Shown: positions 1 to 10,431 of the stretch, one piece after another
Layout: each line of letters starts with the position of its first letter
Position numbering within the stretch: the stretch's first letter is position 1
DNA from: Thermoanaerobaculia bacterium
GTDB taxonomy: Bacteria; Acidobacteriota; Thermoanaerobaculia; Gp7-AA8
NCBI GenBank assembly: GCA_044866315.1
Contig: JBIOTX010000195.1
Location: 5,175 to 69,174 of the forward strand
Reading direction: 5' to 3'
DNA length: 64,000 bases
Position numbers and translations under genes: made by a program
Notes under the pieces: model-generated
The model's database searches: none
What the model was told of the DNA's origin: nothing
The model's input: only the letters and a program-made list of their open reading frames with translations

Positions 1-194
1 CCTGGACCGTGCTGGTACCCGACTTGGATACAGCGCGTATCTACGGCCGGCTGCGCGGCGAGGGAGCCACGATCTCCGCCGCCCGTCGAAACGACCTCTG
101 GATCGCCGCCCTCTGTCTCCAGCACGACCTCCCTCTCCTCACCAACGACCGCGGCTTCGACGCCATCCCCAACCTTGCCGTCGTCCACTGGTGA
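1..194 (+). CDS. PIN-domain (VapC-like) toxin, C-terminal part
   Basis: NDLWIAA..L.H.LPLLTND..F motif; frame is open to the window edge. Confidence 0.85.
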   Translation, partial: WTVLVPDLDTARIYGRLRGEGATISAARRNDLWIAALCLQHDLPLLTNDRGFDAIPNLAVVHW

Positions 195-222
195 GTCATA
201 GACTCGCCTGGGAGCCCCGCCT

Positions 223-1131
223 ATGACCGTACAACCCATCCACGAAGTCGCCCCCCGGACCGCCCTCTTCGAAAGCCTGCTCGAGCTGATCCGCCGCACC
301 TCCACCCAGCTGCCGGACGACGTCGTCCGGGCGGTCACGGGGGCGCGCTCGCAGGAGGAGAAGGGGTCGAACGCCGACGTCGCGCTGGACGTGATCGGAT
401 GCAACATCGGCCTCGCTCGCGACAACTCGCTGCCGCTCTGCCAGGACACGGGGACGATCCTCTTCTACGTCCACACGCCGGTCGGGTACGACCAGCTGGA
501 ATTCGAAGACATCGCCACGGAGGCGGTGCGGGCGGCGACGAAGAAGGGGTTCCTCCGGCAGAACAGCGTCGATAGCGTGACCGGCAAGAACACCGGCGAC
601 AACACCGGGCCGGGCTCGCCGGTCTTTCACTTTTACCAGTGGCGCGAGCCGTATGTGGAAGTGAAGCTGATGCTGAAGGGCGGGGGCTGCGAGAACATGA
701 ACGCGCAGTACTCCCTCCCCCACCCCGACCTCGGCGGCCGCGATCTCAAGGGCGTCGAGAACGCCATCCTCGACTGCGTGCTTCAGGCCCAGGGGCAGGG
801 CTGCGGGCCGGGCATCCTCGGCGTCTGCATCGGCGGCGACCGCGGCACGGGATACGGCCACGCGAAGGAGCAGCTCCTCCGCACCATGGACGACGTCAAC
901 GAAGACCCGGAGCTGGCCGCGCTCGAAGAGCGCGTGGTCGAGAAGGCCAATCAGTCCGGCATCGGGCCGATGGGTTTCGGTGGTAGGACGACGCTCCTGG
1001 CCTGCAAGATCGGCAAGCTCAATCGCCTCCCGGCCTCATTCTTCGTCTCCATCGCCTACATGTGCTGGGCGTACCGGCGGCGCGGGGTGAGCCTCGACGT
1101 CCACGGCCAGCCAATGGAGTGGCTCTACTGA
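223..1131 (+). CDS. Fe-S hydro-lyase (class I fumarate hydratase/tartrate dehydratase) alpha subunit
   Basis: PLCQDTG, KGGGCEN and MCWAYRR motifs. Confidence 0.92.
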   Translation: MTVQPIHEVAPRTALFESLLELIRRTSTQLPDDVVRAVTGARSQEEKGSNADVALDVIGCNIGLARDNSLPLCQDTGTILFYVHTPVGYDQLEFEDIATEAVRAATKKGFLRQNSVDSVTGKNTGDNTGPGSPVFHFYQWREPYVEVKLMLKGGGCENMNAQYSLPHPDLGGRDLKGVENAILDCVLQAQGQGCGPGILGVCIGGDRGTGYGHAKEQLLRTMDDVNEDPELAALEERVVEKANQSGIGPMGFGGRTTLLACKIGKLNRLPASFFVSIAYMCWAYRRRGVSLDVHGQPMEWLY

Positions 1132-1703
1132 TGGCCTTGGTGAAACTGCACACCCCGATCGATGAGGCGACCATCCGCTCGCTGCACGTCGGCGACACGG
1201 TCGCGATCACCGGCCGCCTCTACACCGGCCGCGACGCCGTTCACCATCGCCTGCACGAGGGCGTGAAACCGCCCGTCGACCTGGAGGGCCACATCATCTA
1301 TCACTGCGGTCCGGTGATGGTGAAGGAAGGCGACCAGTGGGTCTGCAAGGCCGCCGGTCCGACAACCTCCTCGCGCGAAGAGCCGTACCAGCACGAGGTC
1401 ATCCGCGACTACCGGATCCGCGGGGTGATCGGCAAGGGCGGCATGGGCCCGAAGACCCTCGCCGCGTGCAAAGAGTACGGCGCGGTCTACCTCCACGCCA
1501 TCGGCGGCGCGGCCCAGGTCTGCGCCGCGTCGATCAAGCGCGTCGACGGCGTGGACTGGATGGACCTAGGCTCCCCCGAGGCCATCTGGCACCTGTGGGT
1601 GGAGGATTTCATGGCCATCGTGACCATGGACGCGCACGGCCAGTCGCTGCACCAGCAGGTCTTCGAGGAGTCGCGCGCGCGCCTTGCAGCACTGAAGGCC
1701 TGA
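1131..1703 (+). CDS. Fe-S hydro-lyase beta subunit
   Basis: TGRDA.H, IYHCGP, AGPTTSSR and IGKGGM motifs; TGATG coupling to the alpha gene. Confidence 0.92.
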   Translation: MALVKLHTPIDEATIRSLHVGDTVAITGRLYTGRDAVHHRLHEGVKPPVDLEGHIIYHCGPVMVKEGDQWVCKAAGPTTSSREEPYQHEVIRDYRIRGVIGKGGMGPKTLAACKEYGAVYLHAIGGAAQVCAASIKRVDGVDWMDLGSPEAIWHLWVEDFMAIVTMDAHGQSLHQQVFEESRARLAALKA

Positions 1704-3103
1704 TGCGCATCGAATTCGACACCCTCGGCGAAGTGGCCGTCCCCGATGATGCCCTGTACGGCGCCCAGACCCAGCGCGCCGTCGAGAACTACCCCATCAG
1801 CGGCCTGCGCGAGCACCCGCAGTTCATCCGCGCCTTCATCCTCCTCAAACGCGCCGCGGCCACGGCCAACCACGAGCTCGGCGCGATGGAGGAGCGCATC
1901 GCCAACGCCATCGTCGGCGCGTGCGACCGCATCCTCGGCGACTTCGAAAACCACCGGAAGCACTTCGTGGTCGACGTCTTCCAGGCCGGCGCGGGCACGT
2001 CGTTCAACATGAACTGCAACGAGGTGATCGCGAACCTCGCCAACCTCTCCCTCGGCGGCTTGCTCGGCGCCTATACCCCCGTCCATCCGAACGACCACGT
2101 GAACATGGCCCAGTCGACGAACGACGTCGTGCCGACGGCCATCCGCATCGCCACGCTCTTCCAGCTCGGCCAGCTCTATCCCGCGCTCGACATGCTGACG
2201 GGCATGCTCGACGCAAAAGGCGACGAGTTCGCGGACGTGATCAAGTCCGGGCGCACGCACCTCCAGGATGCCGTGCCGATCACGCTCGGCCAGGAATTCA
2301 AAGCCTTCGCGGCGGCGATGCGCCGCTCCACGCGCCTCCTCCGCGACGCCGGCGACGAGCTGCGCGTCCTCGGCATCGGCGGCACCGCGGTCGGCACGGG
2401 CATCAACACCCCGCCGGGCTACCGCTTCGCCGTCGTGCAGCACCTTACCGCCTCGACCGGACTGGAGCTGCGCGCGACGGACGATCTCCGCGAAGCCATG
2501 CAGTCGCAGCTTCCGGTCGTCGCCGTCTCCGCCGCCCTGCGCAATCTCGCCCTCGAGCTGACCCGGATCACGAACGACCTCCGCCTCCTCGCCTCGGGGC
2601 CGATGACCGGTCTCGCCGAGATCCTCCTGCCGTCCGTGCAGCCCGGCTCGTCGATCATGCCCGGCAAAGTGAACCCGTCGATGCTGGAGTGCATGAACCA
2701 GGTGCTCTTCCACATCATCGGCGCCGACACGGCCATCGCCTACGCCTCCCAGGCCGGACAGCTCGAGCTGAACGTGATGATGCCGCTCATGGCCTTCGAG
2801 ATCTCGTTCTCCATCGAGATCCTCAAGAACTTCCTTCCGGTGTTCGTGGAGAAGTCGATCCGCGGCATCGAGGCCAACCGCGAGCGCTGCGAGGCTTACT
2901 ACATCAGCTCGCCGTCGCTGGCCACGGCCCTGAACCCGATCATCGGCTACGCCGCGGCGGCCGAGATCGCCAAGGAGTCGGCGAAGACGGGAAAGCGCAT
3001 CCCCGACCTGCTGCGGGAGAAGAACCTGCTCCCCGAGGAGAAGATCCAGGAGATCTTCACCCCGGAGTTCCTTGCGGGACAGGCCGATCGAAAGCGACAA
3101 TGA
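1703..3103 (+). CDS. aspA: aspartate ammonia-lyase / class II fumarase family
   Basis: QAGAGTSFNMN, HPNDHVN, SGRTHLQDA and GSSIMPGKVNP; TGATG-coupled start at 1703. Confidence 0.85.
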   Translation: MRIEFDTLGEVAVPDDALYGAQTQRAVENYPISGLREHPQFIRAFILLKRAAATANHELGAMEERIANAIVGACDRILGDFENHRKHFVVDVFQAGAGTSFNMNCNEVIANLANLSLGGLLGAYTPVHPNDHVNMAQSTNDVVPTAIRIATLFQLGQLYPALDMLTGMLDAKGDEFADVIKSGRTHLQDAVPITLGQEFKAFAAAMRRSTRLLRDAGDELRVLGIGGTAVGTGINTPPGYRFAVVQHLTASTGLELRATDDLREAMQSQLPVVAVSAALRNLALELTRITNDLRLLASGPMTGLAEILLPSVQPGSSIMPGKVNPSMLECMNQVLFHIIGADTAIAYASQAGQLELNVMMPLMAFEISFSIEILKNFLPVFVEKSIRGIEANRERCEAYYISSPSLATALNPIIGYAAAAEIAKESAKTGKRIPDLLREKNLLPEEKIQEIFTPEFLAGQADRKRQ

Positions 3104-3128
3104 CGGCGGTCCGGATCCGCCTTCGACA

Positions 3129-3683
3129 ATGCGCCTCTTTCTCGCGTCGAGTTTTCCCGACGAGGTCCTGCGCGACCTCAACGAGCGCGTTGCGCAGTTC
3201 AAGGGGCGCCTGCCCGCCGCGTCCTGGGTGCGTCCGGAGACGCAGCACCTGACCTTCGCCTTCCTCGGCGATCAGGACGAGACCCTCGTCGAGAAGATCG
3301 CCTCTCCGCTCCAGCAGTCCGTCGGCGCGATCCCGCGCTTCGAGGCCGCGCTGCACGGCTGCGGGTTCTTCCCGAACCCGCGCCACGCCCGGGTCGGCTG
3401 GATCGGGCTCGAGCCGGAGAAGAACTTCGGCCACGTCGCCCGGGCCGTGCGCGAGGTGGTGACGAAGAACGGCGTGGAGCTCGATCGCGCCGACTTCAAG
3501 GCCCATCTGACGCTCATGCGCATGCGCGACAGCTGGCCACCCGCATCGATCGATCTCTTCAGTCGCTCGCTGCGCGACTACCGCTCGGCCGCGTTTCCCG
3601 TGGATCACGTGACCCTCTATTCGAGCCAGCTCAACCCGAAGGGAGCGATCCACACGCCGCTGCGGAAGTTCTCGCTGGCGTGA
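3129..3683 (+). CDS. thpR: RNA 2',3'-cyclic phosphodiesterase (2H family)
   Basis: MRLFLA start and two HxT motifs (HLTF, HLTL). Confidence 0.9.
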   Translation: MRLFLASSFPDEVLRDLNERVAQFKGRLPAASWVRPETQHLTFAFLGDQDETLVEKIASPLQQSVGAIPRFEAALHGCGFFPNPRHARVGWIGLEPEKNFGHVARAVREVVTKNGVELDRADFKAHLTLMRMRDSWPPASIDLFSRSLRDYRSAAFPVDHVTLYSSQLNPKGAIHTPLRKFSLA

Positions 3684-3686
3684 GGA

Positions 3687-4754
3687 TCAACGCCGCGAGC
3701 CGGCGACTTCGCGCCCGCCGGTAGCCCGGCTCTTCGCGATCTCTTTCCCGCGCAACTGCCCGCACGCGGCGGCGATGTCCCGCCCCTTCGAGCGCCGCAC
3801 GGTCACGCGCACGCGGTGACGCACGAGCGTGTCCACGAACCGGTCGATCTCCCGATCGCCCGGACGGCGCATCCAAGCCGGCAGGTTCGGGTCGGGATTG
3901 AACGGAATCGCATTCACCTTCGCGTGCAGGCCGCGAATCAGCTTCGCCAGCGCGATCGCGTCCTGCGCCGAGTCGTTGTAGCCGGCCAGGAGCACGTACT
4001 CGATGGTGATGTCGCGCCCCTTCTCCAGCGGATAGCGGCGCAGCGCGGCCATCAGCTCGTCCAGCGGGTACTTTGCGGTGATGGGCATGATCTCCTCGCG
4101 CCGCTTGCGGTCGGGCGCGTTGACGGAGATCGCCAGATTCGGCCGGCGATCGAGCCTCGCGAGCTGCTCGATGCCCGGGATGATCCCCGACGTCGAGACG
4201 GTGATGCGCCGCGGGGAGATGTTCTTGTAGAGCACCTCGAGCGTGGTCACGAGGTTGTCGAAGTTCAGCAGCGGCTCACCCATCCCCATGAACACGACGT
4301 TCATGTGCTCGGACGGCACCTGCTTTTCGTGCTGCACGGCGAAGAACTGGCCGAGCATCTCGGAAGGGGTGAGGTTCCGCCCCGCGCCGAAGAAGCCCGT
4401 CACGCAGAACGTGCAGCCCACCGCGCAGCCGGCCTGCGACGAGAGGCAGATGCTCGTGCGCTCGCCCATCGGCATGTACACCGACTCGATGCGCTGCTCG
4501 TCCTTCAGGCGGAAGAGGTACTTCTGGCTCCCGTCCGGCGCGGGCACGGTGCGCGTGAGCACTTCCGGCAGATCGATGGTGAAGCGCTCGGCGAGCTGTG
4601 CGCGCACGTCCTTCGGCAGGTTGGTCATGGCCTCGAACGAGTCGACGCCGCGGAGGTGCAGCCAGTCTTCGATCTGGCGGACGCGGAAGGAAGGGAAAAC
4701 GATTTCGCTGAGGGTTCGCTCGAGCTCTTCGGGCTTGAGATCGTAGAGGTTCAC
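3687..4754 (-). CDS. rlmN: 23S rRNA m2A2503 / tRNA radical SAM methyltransferase
   Basis: CLSSQAGCAVGCTFC, FMGMGEPL and DIAAACGQL. Confidence 0.96.
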   Translation of the reverse strand: MNLYDLKPEELERTLSEIVFPSFRVRQIEDWLHLRGVDSFEAMTNLPKDVRAQLAERFTIDLPEVLTRTVPAPDGSQKYLFRLKDEQRIESVYMPMGERTSICLSSQAGCAVGCTFCVTGFFGAGRNLTPSEMLGQFFAVQHEKQVPSEHMNVVFMGMGEPLLNFDNLVTTLEVLYKNISPRRITVSTSGIIPGIEQLARLDRRPNLAISVNAPDRKRREEIMPITAKYPLDELMAALRRYPLEKGRDITIEYVLLAGYNDSAQDAIALAKLIRGLHAKVNAIPFNPDPNLPAWMRRPGDREIDRFVDTLVRHRVRVTVRRSKGRDIAAACGQLRGKEIAKSRATGGREVAGSRR

Positions 4755-5074
4755 TGGTCGCTCACGAGCGGCTCCACGCGGCGCGCCCGCACCTTGCGAG
4801 TCGGGTCGATGCCGAGAGCGCGCAGCAGCGCGAGGTCGTTCACGTTGATCCGAAACTGCACTTCTTTCGGCGGCTCGGCAGCGGCCACCGCGTCCGTGGA
4901 GTCGCCGTCTTCGCCCTGTTTGTTGAGACCGATGGTCGCGTCGAGCACGACGTAGAGGTCATAGCCCTCGTCGCGGATTTTCTGGATGTGTCGATTCACG
5001 TCGTCGGATCCGGAGATCGACTCGTTGATGGCGGTGCCGAGGTCCTGCAGCAGCTGCTTGATCTTGTCGTCCAC
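4751..5074 (-). CDS. hypothetical protein coupled to rlmN
   Basis: Clean 107-aa ORF with a GGGAGAG RBS; stop overlaps the rlmN start. Confidence 0.75.
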   Translation of the reverse strand: MDDKIKQLLQDLGTAINESISGSDDVNRHIQKIRDEGYDLYVVLDATIGLNKQGEDGDSTDAVAAAEPPKEVQFRINVNDLALLRALGIDPTRKVRARRVEPLVSDQ

Positions 5075-5237
5075 GCGCTCTCCCTTGGATGCACGTAAAC
5101 GATTGCAAAATCAGCAGCTTAGAATTTACGTGCCCGAGACTGATTATCCAAACGGGGGCGCGCGCGGTCAATATTTCCCATTCGCCGCGACCGGAGTACA
5201 CTACTTGCCCCCCGCGCGGTGACCGGGCTGCAAACGT

Positions 5238-6067
5238 TCAGCCATACCTCCTGAGCTCCGACCAGTACGCGAGGTACTTCCACCGTCCCCACTTCGCGTA
5301 GCGCCGCAGCATCGCCGCATCGCTGACGCGCCGCCCGCGGTGATAGCGCTCCCGCACGAAGCGCCGGAACTCCGTGTCCACGGCGATGAAGTCGTGGCGG
5401 CCGTCCATCGCCAGAAGATGCGCCGCGCCGTACGGTCCGATGCCGGGCAGCTTCAGATAGCTCCGGAACAGTTCGTCCGTCGACTGCCGTGGATCCGAGA
5501 TGGCGTCGAGATCGATCGCGCCGGAGGCGATGCCGCTCGCCAAGAGGTGCAGCGACTTGGCGCGGTAGCCGAGGCGGCAGTCTTCCTTCAACTCGTCGGC
5601 GGAAAAGTGGGCAACGTCCTCCGGATCGGGAAACGCGCCCTCGCGACCACACTTCGCCACCAGCAGATCCACCATGCGCACCGTCTGCCGCCACATCGTG
5701 TTCGTCGTGGCGATGATCTTCACCGCGTCTTCGAACAGTGTGGACCCGCAGAGGAGACGCCCGAACCCAACCTCCTCGACCCAGGCGTGATCGGCCGACT
5801 CGCGCGCGAGGGCGACGAACTCCGTGGTGTCGAGGTTCAGCTGGAACATGCGCGTGAGGCGTTTGCGCAGCTCGTCCGACAGTTCCGCCCCACGCACGAT
5901 CAAGGCGTTGCGCTGAAACGAGATCGCCAGCTCCACGGTCCCGCCCGGCAGGGCCTCTTTGCGCCGCAGCACACCCTCCTCGGCGGACCAGCGGAACGGC
6001 GCGAGCCGGTACCAGCCGTGCGACTCCACGGTCGGGACGAAGGCGAAGTTTTTGGGGGCAGGGAGTT
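5238..6067 (-). CDS. HhH-GPD DNA glycosylase (AlkA/Ogg-like); start uncertain
   Basis: SHGW N-terminal motif, LGYRA, LPGIGPY HhH and VDT; no ATG after the tRNA. Confidence 0.8.
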
Positions 6068-6142
<75 letters not shown>

Positions 6143-6225
6143 TGATCAAGCAGCGAAAAGGAAAGCGAGTGTAGTGAACAGGCCCAAAAGCGTCAATATT
6201 CACCAGTCTGTGGCAGCATGAGCAG

Positions 6226-8517
6226 GTGAGCAACGCCCAGCTCGAGGCCCTCGGTCACTACCGAATCCTCTCTCTGATCGGCGAAGGCGGGATGGGAGAG
6301 GTTTATCTGGCCGAGGATACGCGGCTGGGGCGGCGGGTGGCGGTGAAGATTCTCGCCGAGAGCGTGCGTCTCGACCAGGAGGCCAAACGGCGCATGCTCC
6401 GGGAGGCGCGGGCCGTGGCGGCCCTCGATCATCCGAACGTCTGCACCATCTTCGAGGTCGGCGAGCACGAGGGGCGGCCGTTCATCGTCATGCAGTACAT
6501 CGAGGGCGAGACGCTCTTCCACCGCCTCGAGCACACGCGCCCCACGCTCGCGGAGTGCGTCGACATCGGCGCTCAGGTCGCCGCCGCGCTCGATCAGGCC
6601 CACAGCCGCGGCGTCGTCCACCGCGACATCAAGAGCCTGAACATCATGCTCACCCCGCAGGGACAGGTGAAGGTGCTCGACTTCGGCCTGGCCAAGGTGA
6701 ACAGCGCCTCCGAGCTGACCACGGACCTGCTCATGTCCAAGCCGGGCGTGATCACCGGAACGGCGCCATACATGTCGCCCGAGCAGTTGCGCGGCGTTCC
6801 CATCGACGGCCGCAGCGACATCTTCAGCCTCGGCGTGGTGCTGTACGAGATGGCCACGGGCCGGCGCCCCTTCGATCGCGACAATACCGTCTCGACGATC
6901 ACCGCGGTCCTGTTCGAGGAGCCGCCGCCGATCGAGGGCGAGGAGTTCGCGCCGCTCGTCCCGATCGTCCGCCGGGCCCTGACCAAAGACCCCTCCAAGC
7001 GCTACGCCTCGGCGGCGCTGATGCTGCGCGCGCTGCAGGACATCGAGGACCGCCCGCGCGCGCGCACGCGCCGCAGCCGGTCGGGATCGGGCGAAGTCGC
7101 GGCGGCCGCGCCCCCGCCCCGCCCGAAGTCGCGCATCGAGTCGGTGGCCGTGCTGCCGCTCGCCGCGTCCGAGCTCGACTACGTCGTCTACGGCCTCAGC
7201 GAAGGCATCGTCGTCGGTCTCTCCCAGATCAAGAAACTGCGCGTCATCGCCTCGACCACCGTGGCGCGTTACGCCGGCACCGACGTGGACATCCAGGCGG
7301 CCGCGCGCGAGCTCGGCGTCGAGGCCATCGTCGGCGTCCGCGCGCGCGTCGACGGCGAGAAGCTCTACGTCGACGTCGAGCTGATCTCCGCCACCGACGG
7401 CTCGCGCCTCTGGGGCTCGCAGTACATGCGGCCGGCGCGCGAGGTGGCGGCGCTCGCGGAGTCGATCGCCGCCGACATCGGCGAGCAGGTCCGCGCGCGG
7501 GGCGGCTCGAGTTCGCGCAAGCCGGTCAAGAAGAAACGCATCGACACCGAGGCCCAGCATCTCTTCCTCAAGGGCCGCTTCCAGTGGATCAAGCGCCACC
7601 CCGAGGCCTTGAAGCAGGCCATGACCTACTTTCAGCAGGCCGTCGAGCAGGACCCGTCCTTCGCCATGCCGTACGCCGGCCTGGCCGACGCGTTCGTGAT
7701 GCTCGGCTTCATGCAGGCCCTGCCGCCGCTGGAGATCCTGCCCAAGGCCAAGGCCGCGGCCGCGCGCGCGATCGAGCTCGATCCGCACCTCGCCGATCCG
7801 CACGCCACCCTCGGCTATGCCGCGGGCCTGTTCGAGTGGGACTGGGACGCCGCCTGCCGCGAGCTCGAAGAGGCCATGCGCCTCAACGCGAACTATCCGT
7901 GGGCGCCGCACTGGCTGGGCCTCCTGTCGTGCGGGCGCGGACAGACGCATCGCGGTCTCGAGCTGATCGAGCGCGCGCAGACCCTCGACCCGCTCTCACC
8001 GATCATCAACATCGCCGCCGGCATCCCCCTGCACATCGCCCGGCGGTACGAAGACGCCGTGCGCCGCTATCGCCGCGTGCTCGAGACCGAGACCGCCTTC
8101 GCCCCCGGCCACTACTACATCGGGATCTCCCTCCAGGAGCTCGGCCAGTTCGACGAGGCCATCCGCCACTACGAGCGGATGATCGAGATCGGCGGCCGGA
8201 ACTCGCTCTACCTCGGCGCCCTCGCGCACGGCTACGGCCGGGCCGGCCGCACCGCGGATGCAGAGCGCGTCCTCGCCCAGATCACGGAGATGAGCCAGCA
8301 ACGCTACATGTCGCCGTACTGCTTCGTCATGGCCTACGACGCCCTCGGCCGCGTGGATGATGCGCTGCAGGCGCTCGAGGCCACGCTCGAGGAGCGCAAC
8401 GCCTGGATGTGGTTCCTCCCCGTCGAGCCGCGCTTCGACCGCCTGCGCGACGACCCGCGCTTCGTGGCCATGGTCGAGCGGCACGGGCTGCCGGTGCGGG
8501 TGGAGACGGACGGCTGA
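6226..8517 (+). CDS. Ser/Thr protein kinase with TolB-like and TPR domains
   Basis: GEGGMGEVY, HRDIK, DFGLAK and YMSPEQ; SVAVLPL followed by TPR helices. Confidence 0.93.
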   Translation: MSNAQLEALGHYRILSLIGEGGMGEVYLAEDTRLGRRVAVKILAESVRLDQEAKRRMLREARAVAALDHPNVCTIFEVGEHEGRPFIVMQYIEGETLFHRLEHTRPTLAECVDIGAQVAAALDQAHSRGVVHRDIKSLNIMLTPQGQVKVLDFGLAKVNSASELTTDLLMSKPGVITGTAPYMSPEQLRGVPIDGRSDIFSLGVVLYEMATGRRPFDRDNTVSTITAVLFEEPPPIEGEEFAPLVPIVRRALTKDPSKRYASAALMLRALQDIEDRPRARTRRSRSGSGEVAAAAPPPRPKSRIESVAVLPLAASELDYVVYGLSEGIVVGLSQIKKLRVIASTTVARYAGTDVDIQAAARELGVEAIVGVRARVDGEKLYVDVELISATDGSRLWGSQYMRPAREVAALAESIAADIGEQVRARGGSSSRKPVKKKRIDTEAQHLFLKGRFQWIKRHPEALKQAMTYFQQAVEQDPSFAMPYAGLADAFVMLGFMQALPPLEILPKAKAAAARAIELDPHLADPHATLGYAAGLFEWDWDAACRELEEAMRLNANYPWAPHWLGLLSCGRGQTHRGLELIERAQTLDPLSPIINIAAGIPLHIARRYEDAVRRYRRVLETETAFAPGHYYIGISLQELGQFDEAIRHYERMIEIGGRNSLYLGALAHGYGRAGRTADAERVLAQITEMSQQRYMSPYCFVMAYDALGRVDDALQALEATLEERNAWMWFLPVEPRFDRLRDDPRFVAMVERHGLPVRVETDG

Positions 8518-8526
8518 CAGGCCCGC

Positions 8527-8877
8527 TCAGCGCACTTCCATCAGGTACGAGACCAGCCGGGCGATCTTTCCCTCCCGCATCTCGAAGACGTCGCAGAAGG
8601 CCAGGAGCAGCTCCTCACCCGTGACCTTACGCGCGATCACGGTTCCTTCCGCGATCACCACGTCGTTCTCCTCGGTCATCCGCGTCGTGGTGATCACGGG
8701 GCTACCGGTGAAGCCCTCTCCCTCGATCTGGCCGTCGAAGGCCTCCTTGCCGTTCACGCGGAAGAAGCCGGGGATCCACCACTCGACGTCGTCGGTCAGG
8801 CAGGCCAGGACCGCGGCGTGGTCGGTTCGGGCGAAGGCGTGCATGTAGCGCTCGACGGTCTGTTTGTTCTCGGTCAT
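8527..8877 (-). CDS. SnoaL/NTF2-like protein
   Basis: NKQTVERY..AF, DDVEW and FCDVFEMREGKI. Confidence 0.85.
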   Translation of the reverse strand: MTENKQTVERYMHAFARTDHAAVLACLTDDVEWWIPGFFRVNGKEAFDGQIEGEGFTGSPVITTTRMTEENDVVIAEGTVIARKVTGEELLLAFCDVFEMREGKIARLVSYLMEVR

Positions 8878-8886
8878 GACGACACC

Positions 8887-10431
8887 CTACCCCCGCGCGA
8901 TCTCCTGCAGCTCGAGCTCTCTTAGGTCCAGCTCCTCTTCGACCTTCTGAAACGCGGTATCGCCGATCGTCCCGTCGTCGCGGAGCTCGATCAGCCGCTG
9001 CCGCTCCGCCGCCGTGGCCGCGCGCATCGCCTCGAGGTCTCTCTCGTCGCCGTCGTGCTCGCCGTTTCGATCGGCGCGGCGCAGCCGCAGCTCGTAGCGC
9101 CGGCGAAGGAGGTCCGCGATCTCGCCTCCGTAGGTCCGGGCCGCCTCGACCGCCGCGCGCAGGGTCTCCACCCGAGCGAGCTCCACCTCGCGCTCGACGC
9201 TGCCGTCGTCGTGCACCTCGAGCCATTCCAGCAGCGGGCGGAGGGTCATTCCCTGCACGACCAGGGTGACCAGCACGACGGCGAAGGAGGTGAAGAAGAT
9301 GAGATCGCGGTACGGGAAGCCCGCCGGCAGCGCCAGCGCCGCGGCGAGGGTGACCGTGCCGCGCATGCCGCACCAGCCGACGACGTAGGCGGCGCGGCCG
9401 GAGAGGGCGACGACATCCTCCGGCGCCTCGCCGCCGCCCGGGCGCGGGCGGCAGCGCCAGCGGCTCACCGCGGCCGCGGCGGACACCCAGAGGATGCGCG
9501 CGAGGATGACCGCGACGCAGACGGCCGCCGCCACTCCCACGTACTGCGTCCAGGCGGTGCGCTCGACGATCTGGCGGAGCTGGAAGCCGACCAGGATGAA
9601 GGCGAGCACGTTCAGCACGAACACGGCCACTTCCCACACCGCGTACGACGGAACGCGCACGCGCGCGGCGACCATCTGCGCCGCGGGACGCGACACGGCC
9701 ATGGCGAAGACGACCGTGGTCAGGATGCCGGAGAGGTGGAGGCGCTCCGCCAGGATCCACACCGCGAACGTGCTGACGAACTGAAAGATCACCACCGTGG
9801 CGATGTCGTGAATGCGCGGGATGATGGCGATGGTGATCCGCGCCAGCACCAGAGCGAGCACGACGCTCCCGGCAGCCACCGCGACGAGCATTCCACTGAA
9901 CGACCAGCCGGAGACGATTCCGGTGGCGCTGGCGGCCACGGCGAAGCGGTAGATCAGCAGCGCGCTGGCATCGTTGAAGAGGCTCTCCCCCTCCAGGACG
10001 ACCAGCAGCCGGTTCGGGGGACGCAGTTGCTTGAGCACCGCGGTCGCGGCCGCGGCATCCGGCGGAGCGACGATCGCACCGAGAGCGATCGCGGCGGCCC
10101 AGGGCAGGCCGGGCACGAGCACGCGGGCGACCACGGCGACGACGATGACCGTCAGCACGACCGCGCCGAGGGCCAGGCTGACGATCGCCCGCCAGTTCCG
10201 GCGGAGATCGCGCTGCGAGGCATCGAACGCGGCGTCGAGCAGGACCGGCGCGACGAACAGCGCCAGCGCGAGCTCCGGATCGAGCACGAGGGTCGGCACG
10301 CGCGGAAACAGCGCGAGCGCCGCTCCGGCGATGGCCACGAGGGCGGGATAGGGCGTGGCGATGCGGCGCGCGATCGCGGCGAGAATCGCGCCGCCGAGGA
10401 GCAGCGCGATGACGATCTCGAACACTTCCAT
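8887..10431 (-). CDS. CPA1-family Na+/H+ antiporter
   Basis: PPDAAA, EGESLFND and GMRGTVTLAAAL; multiple TM helices. Confidence 0.92.
   Translation of the reverse strand: MEVFEIVIALLLGGAILAAIARRIATPYPALVAIAGAALALFPRVPTLVLDPELALALFVAPVLLDAAFDASQRDLRRNWRAIVSLALGAVVLTVIVVAVVARVLVPGLPWAAAIALGAIVAPPDAAAATAVLKQLRPPNRLLVVLEGESLFNDASALLIYRFAVAASATGIVSGWSFSGMLVAVAAGSVVLALVLARITIAIIPRIHDIATVVIFQFVSTFAVWILAERLHLSGILTTVVFAMAVSRPAAQMVAARVRVPSYAVWEVAVFVLNVLAFILVGFQLRQIVERTAWTQYVGVAAAVCVAVILARILWVSAAAAVSRWRCRPRPGGGEAPEDVVALSGRAAYVVGWCGMRGTVTLAAALALPAGFPYRDLIFFTSFAVVLVTLVVQGMTLRPLLEWLEVHDDGSVEREVELARVETLRAAVEAARTYGGEIADLLRRRYELRLRRADRNGEHDGDERDLEAMRAATAAERQRLIELRDDGTIGDTAFQKVEEELDLRELELQEIARG

Noticed and set aside
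223-3103. class I hydro-lyase subunits next to an aspartase/fumarase-II gene as a novelty
   Set aside because: Ordinary metabolic clustering
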